DNA of 64,000 nucleotides from IMG/VR virus record IMGVR_UViG_2772190774_000001, positions 9,673 through 73,672 of that record. The stretch is one strand, 5' to 3'. Shown in pieces: positions 53,302 through 61,688 of the stretch. A program made the position numbers and the translations under genes. Source of the stretch: a virus. Its lineage: Duplodnaviria; Caudoviricetes. Each line of letters begins with the position of its first letter. The first letter of the stretch is position 1. Under the pieces are notes generated by a model, which saw only the letters and a program-made list of their open reading frames with translations, had not been told where the DNA came from and did no database searches.

Positions 53302-54045
53302 CAGGCGCGGGCGGGTGCGGATTGGTCAGGACAGGTCAGAGAAGGCATGTCGCGGCGGGTGTGGGAGGTCCCAGGGATGAGCCAGGGAACGGGTAGTCGG
53401 GGTGGGCCGGTCCGGGTGGGGTTGGCTTGTCGGCACGGGCCGGGTGGGGATGGCATGGCACGTCGGCGAGGACAGAGGTGGGGTGGCGAGGTCGGTGATG
53501 GCCCGGGTAGGCGAGTCGGCATGAGTCGGGTCGGGGCGCTCGTGTGCAGGACTGGCATGTCGGGTCGGGTTGCCAGGTGGTAAGGCTCGGCTCGTCGGGC
53601 TGGGCTGAGATGCGGCGGTTGTGACATGTCGGCACGTCTCGGCCTGGGTTGGGCTGTCGGCTTGGAGAGTCGAGAAGCGGCGAGGTATGTCGGCACGGCC
53701 TGGTTCGGGACGGAACGGATAGTCGCCATGGGGTCGGGAGGTACGGCTCCGGCGCGGCTTGAGCGAGGCATGTCGGACAGGCGCGGCAGGAGTGGGCTGA
53801 CTCGGGGAGACTTGGCTTGTCGGCGTGTTGAGGGAAGCCGTGGCCTGGCATGTCGCCGTGGCTAGGCAGGCGGAGGCTTGGCTTGTCGGCGAGGCTCGGC
53901 GAGGACGGGCGTGGGATGGACTGTCGGCAAGCGAAGGAAGGGTTGGGCTTGTCGGCGAGGCTGGGCCAGGACGGCGGTGGGGTGGACTGTCGGCGTGAGG
54001 CGGAGGCAGGGCTGAACAGGCTCGCGTAGTCGCATGGGCTAGCCG
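53302..54045 (-). ncRNA. 5-nt-periodic repeat array (CGAC + n x NNNCC units), candidate guide-RNA array
   Basis: about 19 CGAC-punctuated units; 11 of 18 spacings counted by eye are 5n+3 nt (28, 33, 38, 53); no credible ORF; transcribed strand uncertain. Confidence 0.75.
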
Positions 54046-54102
54046 CACGAGCGGCGTCGCAGACGTTCACCAGAACCCCCAGGTACAGTCAGTTGGTGGG
54101 AG

Positions 54103-54127
54103 GGGCCCCAGCCGTGTGCTGGGGCCC
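54103..54127. other. 10-bp hairpin between the RAMP gene and the array
   Basis: GGGCCCCAGC-CGTGT-GCTGGGGCCC. Confidence 0.6.
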
Positions 54128-54138
54128 TACGCGTTTCG

Positions 54139-54852
54139 TCAGGCCCGGTCGAACGCGAGCAGCTCGAACCGGCCATCGGACCGGCCGCGGTCGGAGCCGA
54201 TGCCGATCTGCTCGCCGGCCTGCCAGATGCGGGACCACGCCTGCATGGGGAGGAAGTCGTCCCGGACCCGGAGGGTGAAGGTCAGCTCGGGTTCCTGGAC
54301 GTACTCGACGCGGTTGATCGACGAGCGCGGCCCTTGGGGGGTCATGACGTGCTTGATCCGCTCCTCGATGCCGGTCGGCTCCTTCACCCCGAGGCCGATG
54401 AACACCTCGTCGACGAAGACCCGCTCCGCCGCCGTGGACATCAGCCCCTTGCGGAAGCCCTTCGCGACGTCGGTCTTGCCGGGCCATTCGGTGCCGGGGT
54501 AGGCGGAGTTCATGAACTCCTTGAGGGCGGCCTTCATGCACCGGCCCTCGTAGCAGAGCTCCCCCGTGTCCGGGATGCGCTTGAAGCCGTTTACCGAGGG
54601 GGCGGCGTCGGTCTCCATCAGGGCGTCGGCCAGCTCGTCCGGGGACGGCTGCCGGTCGGGGAACCGCTCGACCAGGGTCTTGTCGACCATCTCCTGAAGG
54701 TCGCGGTCCCCCAGTTCCATGCGGGACTTCAGCCATCCCTTGATGACGCTGGGGCTGGACGGGATGCCACCCACGAGCTTGTCGATGACGCGCACGGTGA
54801 CGGTGTAGGTGGTGAACTCGTCGGCCAGGCCGAACACGGTGAGAGCGCTCAT
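54139..54852 (-). CDS. RAMP / Cas7-like RNA-binding protein (237 aa)
   Basis: N-terminal strand YTVTVRVIDKLVGGIP, CYEGRCMKAALKE (RAMP sxKGxxR-type motif), thumb region, ELTFTLRV, C-terminal G-loop GIGSDRGRSDGRFEL. Confidence 0.8.
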   Translation of the reverse strand: MSALTVFGLADEFTTYTVTVRVIDKLVGGIPSSPSVIKGWLKSRMELGDRDLQEMVDKTLVERFPDRQPSPDELADALMETDAAPSVNGFKRIPDTGELCYEGRCMKAALKEFMNSAYPGTEWPGKTDVAKGFRKGLMSTAAERVFVDEVFIGLGVKEPTGIEERIKHVMTPQGPRSSINRVEYVQEPELTFTLRVRDDFLPMQAWSRIWQAGEQIGIGSDRGRSDGRFELLAFDRA

Positions 54853-55280
54853 GACGCGACTTCTCCCTTGATCGTGGGGCGGGCGGGGATGGGGTGGACC
54901 GTTCCGGCCCGGAGGGCGGCGTTCGCGGCCCGCAACTGCTGGTTCTCGGCCTTGGTGGCGTCGAGGCGCTCCTGCAGCCGCTCCACGTACGCCGCCTGCG
55001 ACGGGGGCATGTCCGCCGGCGGGAGGTCCTGCAGCTCGATGCGGGTCTGCCGCACCGCCTGCCGGGCCCGCCCGTAGCGGACGACCGAGGCCTGCACGTC
55101 GGCGGCCTGGTCGATCGCGCGGAACAGGTCGAACAGCTCGCGGTTGTTCTTGCCGTCCAACGTCTGGCCGGTGATGGTCTCGATGTCGGCGCGCAGGGCC
55201 GCGTCGTTGTGGATCATCGACACGGCGGTGTCGAACTCTTCGGGGCTGTAGCCCTGGGCGGGCTTGGGCTTGCGGGTCAT
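54849..55280 (-). CDS. helical / coiled-coil protein coupled to the RAMP gene
   Basis: ATGA overlap; AAGGAGG RBS. Confidence 0.8.
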   Translation of the reverse strand: MTRKPKPAQGYSPEEFDTAVSMIHNDAALRADIETITGQTLDGKNNRELFDLFRAIDQAADVQASVVRYGRARQAVRQTRIELQDLPPADMPPSQAAYVERLQERLDATKAENQQLRAANAALRAGTVHPIPARPTIKGEVAS

Positions 55281-55317
55281 CGGGGTCCCTCCTTCCGAAG
55301 GGCAGGTGGTGGGGTGG

Positions 55318-55410
55318 TTAGGGGCGTAGTCCTCGGGCGGCCATGAGGCGGAGCACGGCTATGACCGCGCCGAGGACGAGAGCGGCCACGACGGTGGCGA
55401 TCAGGGCCAT
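55318..55410 (-). CDS. 30-aa single-TM peptide
   Basis: MALIATVVAALVLGAVIAVLRLM. Confidence 0.5.
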   Translation of the reverse strand: MALIATVVAALVLGAVIAVLRLMAARGLRP

Positions 55411-55730
55411 CGGTAGTCGCGGGTTAGGCCGTCGCCGTACAGGGCGTCGTCCACGAGGCGGTCCACCCGGTCCGGCCGGCGGAGGCGGTGGGAGCGGGTG
55501 AACTGCGCCCATTCCTGGTCGTCGGGGCCGTACATGCGGTAGCCCTCGCGGCGGAGCGCGGCCCGCAGGCGGGCGGCCTCGGGGGTGAGGCGGCGGCGGT
55601 TGCGGCGGGTGTGCCACAGGTGCACGAGGGTGGAGATGGCGACGACGGAGCCGATGATGGCGAGGGCTGCCACGAGGGATGCCCCCGCCCCGTCGTCGCG
55701 GAGGTGCTCGTACAGCTCGGCCCCGGTCAC
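55401..55730 (-). CDS. single-TM membrane protein
   Basis: hydrophobic segment then basic tail. Confidence 0.7.
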   Translation of the reverse strand: MTGAELYEHLRDDGAGASLVAALAIIGSVVAISTLVHLWHTRRNRRRLTPEAARLRAALRREGYRMYGPDDQEWAQFTRSHRLRRPDRVDRLVDDALYGDGLTRDYRWP

Positions 55731-55900
55731 AGGTGGCTCCCCGCGGGGCTGAGAGCCACGCTGATGGGCGGAAGGGCGTACGCCTGTGCCCGGAGCCGGT
55801 CCGCCTCAGCGGCGTGATCCTGGGGGCACGGGCACGCGATGTGGTACTCCTCCTGCTCCTCGGCGGCGAGGAGCAGCGCCCGGCGGAGGTCCCCCGTCAC
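55727..55900 (-). CDS. small hypothetical protein
   Basis: GTGA coupling. Confidence 0.55.
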   Translation of the reverse strand: MTGDLRRALLLAAEEQEEYHIACPCPQDHAAEADRLRAQAYALPPISVALSPAGSHL

Positions 55901-56223
55901 GACGGGCTCCCCGAAGACGCAGCCTCCTGACGGCGGGCGCTCTCCTTGCGGTGCTGCTCCAGGTGGTCGTCGTAGAACTTGTCGTACGCCTCCCACCCGA
56001 CCTCGTCCTCCCACGCCTCCAAGAGGGCCCTGTGGGCGTCCATGAAGTCGCGGAGCTTGCCCATGTCGCCCTCGATCGCGCGGAGCTCGGGGCGGCGGAA
56101 CAGCGGCTTGTAGTTGTCGAAGGCGTACTCGAAGCCTTCGGAGTGGATCGCGGCTTCGAAGACGACGATCTCGCCCCAGTCCCAGGTGTCGGTGTCGGGC
56201 TTGATGGTGGGCAGGCTGGTCAT
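55897..56223 (-). CDS. acidic hypothetical protein
   Basis: GAGGAG RBS. Confidence 0.75.
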   Translation of the reverse strand: MTSLPTIKPDTDTWDWGEIVVFEAAIHSEGFEYAFDNYKPLFRRPELRAIEGDMGKLRDFMDAHRALLEAWEDEVGWEAYDKFYDDHLEQHRKESARRQEAASSGSPS

Positions 56224-56384
56224 TGGGTGGGCTCCTCTCGGAAGTCGGCGGGGATCGGGCGCAGCCCCTCGTGGATCTCGGTGGGCTGGGTGCAGGTCTT
56301 GGAGGCGGCGCGGCGGAGGCGGTCGTAGGCGTTGCGGACAGTCACCCGCTCACCCGATGCGGTGGTCTTCGGAGCGCGGGCCAT
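56220..56384 (-). CDS. small hypothetical protein
   Basis: TGATG coupling. Confidence 0.55.
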   Translation of the reverse strand: MARAPKTTASGERVTVRNAYDRLRRAASKTCTQPTEIHEGLRPIPADFREEPTQ

Positions 56385-56626
56385 CACGCACCCCCGTCCA
56401 CGGCGCGAGCCACGGAGTACATCCCGGCCGAGTGGCGGACGATCGTGTCGCCGAAGAACGCGACGACGTGGTTCGGCCTCTCGCCGATCCGCAGGCCGAC
56501 CACGGTGAGCTTGTCGCCGACGCAGCGGGTGTAGTCCTTGGTGAACACGCCGTCCCGGTCGATGGCGTTGGCGGTGCGGACGTAGTTCTCGGGGGTCAGC
56601 GGCTCGCTGAGCGCGGTGGTCATCAC
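56384..56626 (-). CDS. hypothetical protein
   Basis: coupled ORF. Confidence 0.65.
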   Translation of the reverse strand: MMTTALSEPLTPENYVRTANAIDRDGVFTKDYTRCVGDKLTVVGLRIGERPNHVVAFFGDTIVRHSAGMYSVARAVDGGA

Positions 56627-56967
56627 GCCGCGCCTTCCTGCGCGTAGGGGTGCTCCCGCTGCTGCTCAACGGCGGCGTGCGCCTCCGCCTCCAACGGCAG
56701 CTCCCCCTCCTCCGGGTCGTCGCCCAGGTCCACGGCGGGGAGCAGCGACACCGCCCCACCCAGGCGGGCCGCCCGGATCTGCTGCTCGGCCCGCAGGTCA
56801 GCGATGAGGACCTCCAGGGCGGCGGCCTCCGCCAGGTGGCGGGCCCGCTCGTTCTCCAGCACGGACAGGTGCTTCTCGTCGGCCTGGTAGCGGAGGGTCA
56901 GCCAGCGGCGGGCGGGGTCGGTCAGCGGGGCGGAGGCGGTGGGGAGGTCGAGGACGGTGGTGTTCAT
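56623..56967 (-). CDS. coiled-coil protein
   Basis: AAAGG RBS. Confidence 0.7.
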   Translation of the reverse strand: MNTTVLDLPTASAPLTDPARRWLTLRYQADEKHLSVLENERARHLAEAAALEVLIADLRAEQQIRAARLGGAVSLLPAVDLGDDPEEGELPLEAEAHAAVEQQREHPYAQEGAA

Positions 56968-57057
56968 GTCGTGCCTTTCGGAGGGTGGATCTCTTTGCGT
57001 GGGGTGGTGCGGGGCTGCTCCCGCCCCCGGGGAGGGAGCAGCCGGGAAAGCGGGGGG

Positions 57058-57567
57058 TCAGAATGGGGCGGAGATGTGCCGCTCCCACTCGGAAGTGGTC
57101 ACCGTGCGGACCCACGGCGTGACAAGCTCCGGGCGCTCCAGCGCCAGGTCAGCGGCCCGCTGAGAGACCAGGTCGGCATCGTTGGGGTCGCCGCCGGGGC
57201 CGACCAGCACGTACTCCTGCTCGTGCTCCCGGTTGCGCCAGTCGTCCAGCTCGGCGCGGGCCTCCCGCAGCTCGTCGAGCAGGCCGGGCACCGCGTCAAG
57301 GAGGTACGTCTGGGCCTGGGGGCCGTTGCCCTCCTCACCGTCTCGGCGGTAGACGTCGTGCGCGATCTGGAGCTTGTCCAGGTCGAGCGGCTGCGGCTCC
57401 GGCGGCTCCTCGCAGCGGCACCCGTTGGCGACGTGCTCACTCATCGGGGTCTCCTCTTCGGTGGGGCGGGGAAAGGTCAGGGGGTCAGCGGCGCACTCGG
57501 CGCCTGGGGGGTGGGTGGTGCGGCACCAGCCGCAAGGGCCGCCGGACACGTCCTCCACGGGGGTCAC
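57058..57567 (-). CDS. hypothetical protein (alternative start at 57444)
   Basis: GTG overlaps the HNH stop; internal GAGGAG-ATG. Confidence 0.6.
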   Translation of the reverse strand: MTPVEDVSGGPCGWCRTTHPPGAECAADPLTFPRPTEEETPMSEHVANGCRCEEPPEPQPLDLDKLQIAHDVYRRDGEEGNGPQAQTYLLDAVPGLLDELREARAELDDWRNREHEQEYVLVGPGGDPNDADLVSQRAADLALERPELVTPWVRTVTTSEWERHISAPF

Positions 57568-58064
57568 GCCGGGGTCCTCTGCTGCCAGCCGGCGACGAGC
57601 TCGCACCCGCACGGACCGCAGCGCTTGCACGCAGTGCAGTCAGGGCAGGCGAAGAACGCCACGTGGACGTCACACTCAGCCATCTCGGCGTCGGCCGGCG
57701 GGACGGTGGAACGCTCCCCGCCGGGGGTGAGCCACAGCCACTGCTTGCCGTTCTCCGTCAGCACCTCGACGGGGATCAGGCGGGGGTCGACCTCCGGCCA
57801 CTCGCTGATGACGTAGCCCTTGCCCTTGGCGTCCGTGGGCCGGGACTCCATCCGCTTCCAGTGGCAGTCCGGGGTGGTCGCCGTGCCGCACACCGTGATG
57901 AGGTTCTGCGGCTGGTCGATCCACGAGAGGCGGGAGCCGCCCATCTTCCGGGCTCGGCGGTGCTGCAGGCTGTATGGCCTGCCGATGATGGACTGGCCGC
58001 AGCTCACGCAGGCGTAGTTGTCACGCTCCAGCACGGCCTGGCGGACCTTTGCGGTGACGCTCAT
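57564..58064 (-). CDS. HNH endonuclease-like protein
   Basis: VLERDNYACVSCG..QHRRAR..QNLITVCG..CH. Confidence 0.85.
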   Translation of the reverse strand: MSVTAKVRQAVLERDNYACVSCGQSIIGRPYSLQHRRARKMGGSRLSWIDQPQNLITVCGTATTPDCHWKRMESRPTDAKGKGYVISEWPEVDPRLIPVEVLTENGKQWLWLTPGGERSTVPPADAEMAECDVHVAFFACPDCTACKRCGPCGCELVAGWQQRTPA

Positions 58065-58495
58065 CGCCCACCCCGCGGGTACGTCTCGTAGCCGAGCTTC
58101 GCCAGCGAACTCAGCGACTGGAGGATCCGCACCTGCTTGTCGAGCTGCCTCGCGTACTCGGCGGCGTCCTGCCGAACAATCACCGCCGACTTCCAGGCCC
58201 AGTACTCCTCCGGGACCCGCCGCTCGAACCACAGCTCCTGGACCTTCGCCGATACCTTTCCGACGCCGGTCCCCACCTCGGGGCAGTCCGGGTCCAGCTC
58301 GTGCGGCTTACGCGCGGTCAGGTACGCCTTGAAGCACTGCAGCTCCTCGTTCCTGGCGTTCCGCAGGTCCCGGGTGGCGAAGCTGACGGCGTTGTGCAGG
58401 AGCTTCAGGAACCGCTCAGCCTCGACGGGGGTGAGGACGGCGTCCGGGTCGACGAACTCGTAGCTGCCGGACTCGCCACGCTCGAACGCGCTCAC
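58061..58495 (-). CDS. hypothetical helical protein
   Basis: coupled ORF. Confidence 0.7.
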   Translation of the reverse strand: MSAFERGESGSYEFVDPDAVLTPVEAERFLKLLHNAVSFATRDLRNARNEELQCFKAYLTARKPHELDPDCPEVGTGVGKVSAKVQELWFERRVPEEYWAWKSAVIVRQDAAEYARQLDKQVRILQSLSSLAKLGYETYPRGGR

Positions 58496-59103
58496 TGGTC
58501 GTCCCCCGCATCGATGGCCGGGGCCTGCTCCAAGGCGAGCACGTCGCCCAGCTCCCCCGCCCGCCACGCCGCGGCGATCAGGTCACGGCCGGCCGGGCTG
58601 GTCTTCGTCGCCCGGGTGAAGTCCAGACGGAACGACCCGTCCGGGGCACCCTTCACCAGCTCGGCGACCTTGTGCGGCTCGCCGTTGCCGTCGACCAGTT
58701 CCCCCTCGTTGGTCAGCTCGCCCTCGGCTTTGGTCCGCCAGGCGGGGCGGACGCGGGGCTGCATCAGCTCGGGGTGGAACTTACGGATGTAGGCGACGAC
58801 GTCCGGGCGGGTCAGCGCGTGCGGGGAAACGACGGTCTCGACCTCCGTGGGTGCGTACTCGCGGGCGTAGGCGAGCAGCGCGTCCTCGTCCCACCGGATG
58901 ACGTCGGTGCCCTGGGAGATGTTCACCGTGGCGACCTTCGTGCCGTCCGGCAGCTTCACCGCGACGGACTGCATGCCGTCCTTGGTCGCGGCCTGCGCGA
59001 ACACGGGCTTGGCCTCGTCGCGAAGGCGCGCCAGTTCGGCGCCGATCTTCTTGTGCAGGGCGTCCAGGACAGCGACCCGGAACCCGGCGTCACGCGGCTG
59101 CAT
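58492..59103 (-). CDS. recombination-module protein (unknown function)
   Basis: GAGGAG RBS; follows the RecT-like gene. Confidence 0.7.
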   Translation of the reverse strand: MQPRDAGFRVAVLDALHKKIGAELARLRDEAKPVFAQAATKDGMQSVAVKLPDGTKVATVNISQGTDVIRWDEDALLAYAREYAPTEVETVVSPHALTRPDVVAYIRKFHPELMQPRVRPAWRTKAEGELTNEGELVDGNGEPHKVAELVKGAPDGSFRLDFTRATKTSPAGRDLIAAAWRAGELGDVLALEQAPAIDAGDDQ

Positions 59104-60022
59104 CGTGCTCCTCGTGGTCGGTGACGATCTGGCCGTCGAGGACGTCGTCCGCCTGCTCGGCCCGCATCGCCTCGATGGCCTTCTCAATGGCCCCGGTGAG
59201 GGCGGCGGACGGGTCGTCGGCCTTGGTGAGCGGGTCGAGGACGTCGATGAGCTTCCGGGCCTGGGCGACGGTCAGAGCCTTGGTGGAGTCGACCTTGATG
59301 TCGGTCAGCAGGGCGATCGTCATGAGGCCCTCGTCCCGGTCAGCCACGCCCAACGTCGTGAACTGGCCGGCCAGGACGTGCAGCATCTCCTTGGTGATGG
59401 GCTCGTCCCCCGTAGGCTCCGCAGGCGGCGTGGGCGGCGGCACAGCGGCGGGCTGCGGCGGGGTGGGCCGCTGCGGCGCGTCAGTGATGACGACCGTGCC
59501 GTCCTCCGCCACCTCAGCCCCGAGCTCCTCCGGCGTGTAGTGCAGCCCGAACAGGACCTCTTCGCAGGCGTCCCGCGCGCACTCGGTGATGGCGCGGGCC
59601 TTGAGCATCGCTTCCGGGTACTTCTGCCACACGTCCTTGCCGGTGAGCTTCGCCCGCGCGGCCCGCTCCAGTGTCCAGACGGACCGGTAGGTGTAGTCGG
59701 GGTCGTCGCAGCGGACGATCTCGCAGATGCCGATGGGCCTGCCCTGCTCGTCGTGCTCGATCCGCTGGCGCAGCTTGTGGCCGGCACGGCGGACCAGGGC
59801 GGAGATGAGACCTGCGGACGCGGACGGCTTGCCTTCGATGACGTGGACGCCGGTAATGGCGGCCATGGTGCCGATGCCGATGGTGGCGCCGTACTCCAGC
59901 GCGTACAGGACGTTGGCGGGCTGCTTGCGGTACTGCGCGGGAAGGAGACCGGACTCGGCGAGCGCCTGGGCGTAGGTCATCTTCTCCGGCAGGCTCGCGG
60001 CCGGGATGATGTCGGTCCCCAT
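59090..60022 (-). CDS. RecT/Red-beta-like single-strand annealing protein
   Basis: VIEGKPS, WQKYPEAMLKARA, GLHYTPEELGAE. Confidence 0.85.
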   Translation of the reverse strand: MGTDIIPAASLPEKMTYAQALAESGLLPAQYRKQPANVLYALEYGATIGIGTMAAITGVHVIEGKPSASAGLISALVRRAGHKLRQRIEHDEQGRPIGICEIVRCDDPDYTYRSVWTLERAARAKLTGKDVWQKYPEAMLKARAITECARDACEEVLFGLHYTPEELGAEVAEDGTVVITDAPQRPTPPQPAAVPPPTPPAEPTGDEPITKEMLHVLAGQFTTLGVADRDEGLMTIALLTDIKVDSTKALTVAQARKLIDVLDPLTKADDPSAALTGAIEKAIEAMRAEQADDVLDGQIVTDHEEHDAAA

Positions 60023-60318
60023 CAGAAGTCGTCCTCTCCGAGGTCGTAGTCGTCGTAGTCGGCGCGCTCGCGGGCGTACTCCGAGTCGCGGTAGATCTCG
60101 GTGGCGGGCGGCAGTTCGCCGGTGGCCGGCCGTGGGGCGGGGAGGTTCGCCTTCGCCTTGGCGCGGATGGCCTTGACGTCGCGCAGGGCGGCGAGGACCT
60201 GGGGCGTGGCGGTGGCAAGCAGACGCATGAGCACGTCGCGGGTCTCGTCGGACGTGAGCTTGTCGAAGAAGCTGATGGCGTCCTCGGTGGCGATGGCCTC
60301 GCGCAGAGTCGCGGTCAT
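60022..60318 (-). CDS. small helical protein
   Basis: coupled ORF; similar to 60860..61063. Confidence 0.7.
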   Translation of the reverse strand: MTATLREAIATEDAISFFDKLTSDETRDVLMRLLATATPQVLAALRDVKAIRAKAKANLPAPRPATGELPPATEIYRDSEYARERADYDDYDLGEDDF

Positions 60319-60494
60319 CGGGTCTCCCCCGAGGACGCGGCGCGCTGCTCCCGAACCAGGCCAACCGCCGCGATCACCGCGTCAGGCGCGGAACCCGTCA
60401 GGCAGGTGAGCAGGGTGAGCATCTCGCCGGGCGTCGGCGCCAGCGCGTCGAGCGCGGCCTTAGCGGCGCGGGTCTCAGGGCGGAGGTCAGCCAC
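60315..60494 (-). CDS. small helical protein (59 aa)
   Basis: GAGGAGG RBS; ATGA coupling. Confidence 0.6.
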   Translation of the reverse strand: MADLRPETRAAKAALDALAPTPGEMLTLLTCLTGSAPDAVIAAVGLVREQRAASSGETR

Positions 60495-60867
60495 GGGACA
60501 CCTCCTCGGTCTCCGTGTCGAGCACGACGACGGGCGGCGCAGTCGGGGCGTTGGCCTCGATCAACGGCTGCACCCAGGCCGGGAGGTCGATGTCCCAGTC
60601 GCTCATGAAGCCCTGCTCGTGGGGCGACCAGTCGTCGCTGGTCTTGCGGTAGCGGCGACCGTGGAAGCACCACATGAGGTGCCACTGGCCGGCGTGCGGG
60701 CCGCTGGTGTGCCAGGACCAGCTCAGGTGCAGGCGGGTCGCGAGCATCATGAACGGGCGGGACTTGCCGGGCTTGGACTCCAGGATGACCTTGCTGGTGA
60801 TGTCGAAGTCGACCTCGTGCTTGGCCGCTGGGCGGTGCCCGTGGACGTGAAGGCGGACGTCAGGCAT
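60487..60867 (-). CDS. hypothetical protein
   Basis: GAGG RBS; overlaps neighbours. Confidence 0.7.
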   Translation of the reverse strand: MPDVRLHVHGHRPAAKHEVDFDITSKVILESKPGKSRPFMMLATRLHLSWSWHTSGPHAGQWHLMWCFHGRRYRKTSDDWSPHEQGFMSDWDIDLPAWVQPLIEANAPTAPPVVVLDTETEEVSRG

Positions 60868-61063
60868 TGCGCACCGCCTCGGCGTACCGGGCGCGCGTCC
60901 GCTCAACCCGCTCCATCGCGGTGATGAACGCGTCCTCGTCCCTGCCGAGCAGCTCCATCAGCATCGACCGCGCCTCAGCCTCGGTGAGGGTGTCGAGGAA
61001 CGCGTCGGCGTCAGCGGTGGACAGGCGGAACGGGTACGGCTTGGTGGTCTGGGCGGGGATCAC
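60860..61063 (-). CDS. small helical protein
   Basis: GTGA coupling. Confidence 0.7.
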   Translation of the reverse strand: MIPAQTTKPYPFRLSTADADAFLDTLTEAEARSMLMELLGRDEDAFITAMERVERTRARYAEAVRNA

Positions 61064-61494
61064 TCGGCACCCCCGAGGATCACGCGAGCCACAGCGGCGG
61101 CCCGGTCGACGTTCTGCAGGCCGTCGCACTCCTCGTCATCGCAGGCCATGCACCAGCGGTGGTCGGGCAGCCCGGCGTACTCGGAGTACGGCTTGTGGAT
61201 CAGCGCGGCGTTGGCGGACTCCTCCAGCCACGCGGCGAGGGGCTCGGCGAGGCCGGGGTGCATCAGGGCGATCCAGGCGGCGTCAGCGGACGCGGGGTGG
61301 TCGGCTCCGGCGATTTCCTCGCCGCAGACGGCGACGGCGTGCCCGTTCGTCGCGTAGCTCAGGACGGCGTTGTCACCCGCCCACGACTGGTGCTCGGAGG
61401 TCCAGCGACCGGGGGTGGCGTTCTTCGCGGTCTCGCGCAGCTTGTTCGCGGCGGCGCGGAGTTCTTCGACGGGGTTCTGTACCGTGAGAGTCAC
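61060..61494 (-). CDS. hypothetical protein (ead/Ea22-like N-terminus)
   Basis: KNATPGRW..ADAAWIALMHP. Confidence 0.7.
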   Translation of the reverse strand: MTLTVQNPVEELRAAANKLRETAKNATPGRWTSEHQSWAGDNAVLSYATNGHAVAVCGEEIAGADHPASADAAWIALMHPGLAEPLAAWLEESANAALIHKPYSEYAGLPDHRWCMACDDEECDGLQNVDRAAAVARVILGGAE

Positions 61495-61688
61495 GGGCTA
61501 CCACGTCCTTCCTCTTCGTTGATCAAGGTGTGGTGGTTCGTTGCGGGCCCGGCCGGTGGAAGCGGTTGGGCCCGCCGCTGTTCAGCGGCAGGTGCAGCCC
61601 TGCGTGATGAAATGCACGGCCCCCTGGCCGCACACGAACGTCGTGGCGAGGACGGCGGGCGGGGCAACCTCGGAAGGCTTCGAGGCGG

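Noticed and set aside
53302-54045. Classical CRISPR array or TIGR array
   Set aside because: There are no identical 25-45 nt repeats alternating with unique spacers, no recognisable box C/D motifs and no Nop-domain gene.
53301-54070. Overlapping Pro/Ser/Thr-rich ORFs across the periodic array (53301..53771, 53326..54048, 53336..54070)
   Set aside because: Several frames are open only because C-rich pentamers lack stop codons. There is no RBS or codon bias, and a 5-nt period is incompatible with coding repeats.
57564-58064. Mobile homing endonuclease or intron
   Set aside because: It is a free-standing coupled ORF in the recombination module and interrupts no gene, so it is treated as an ordinary phage HNH.
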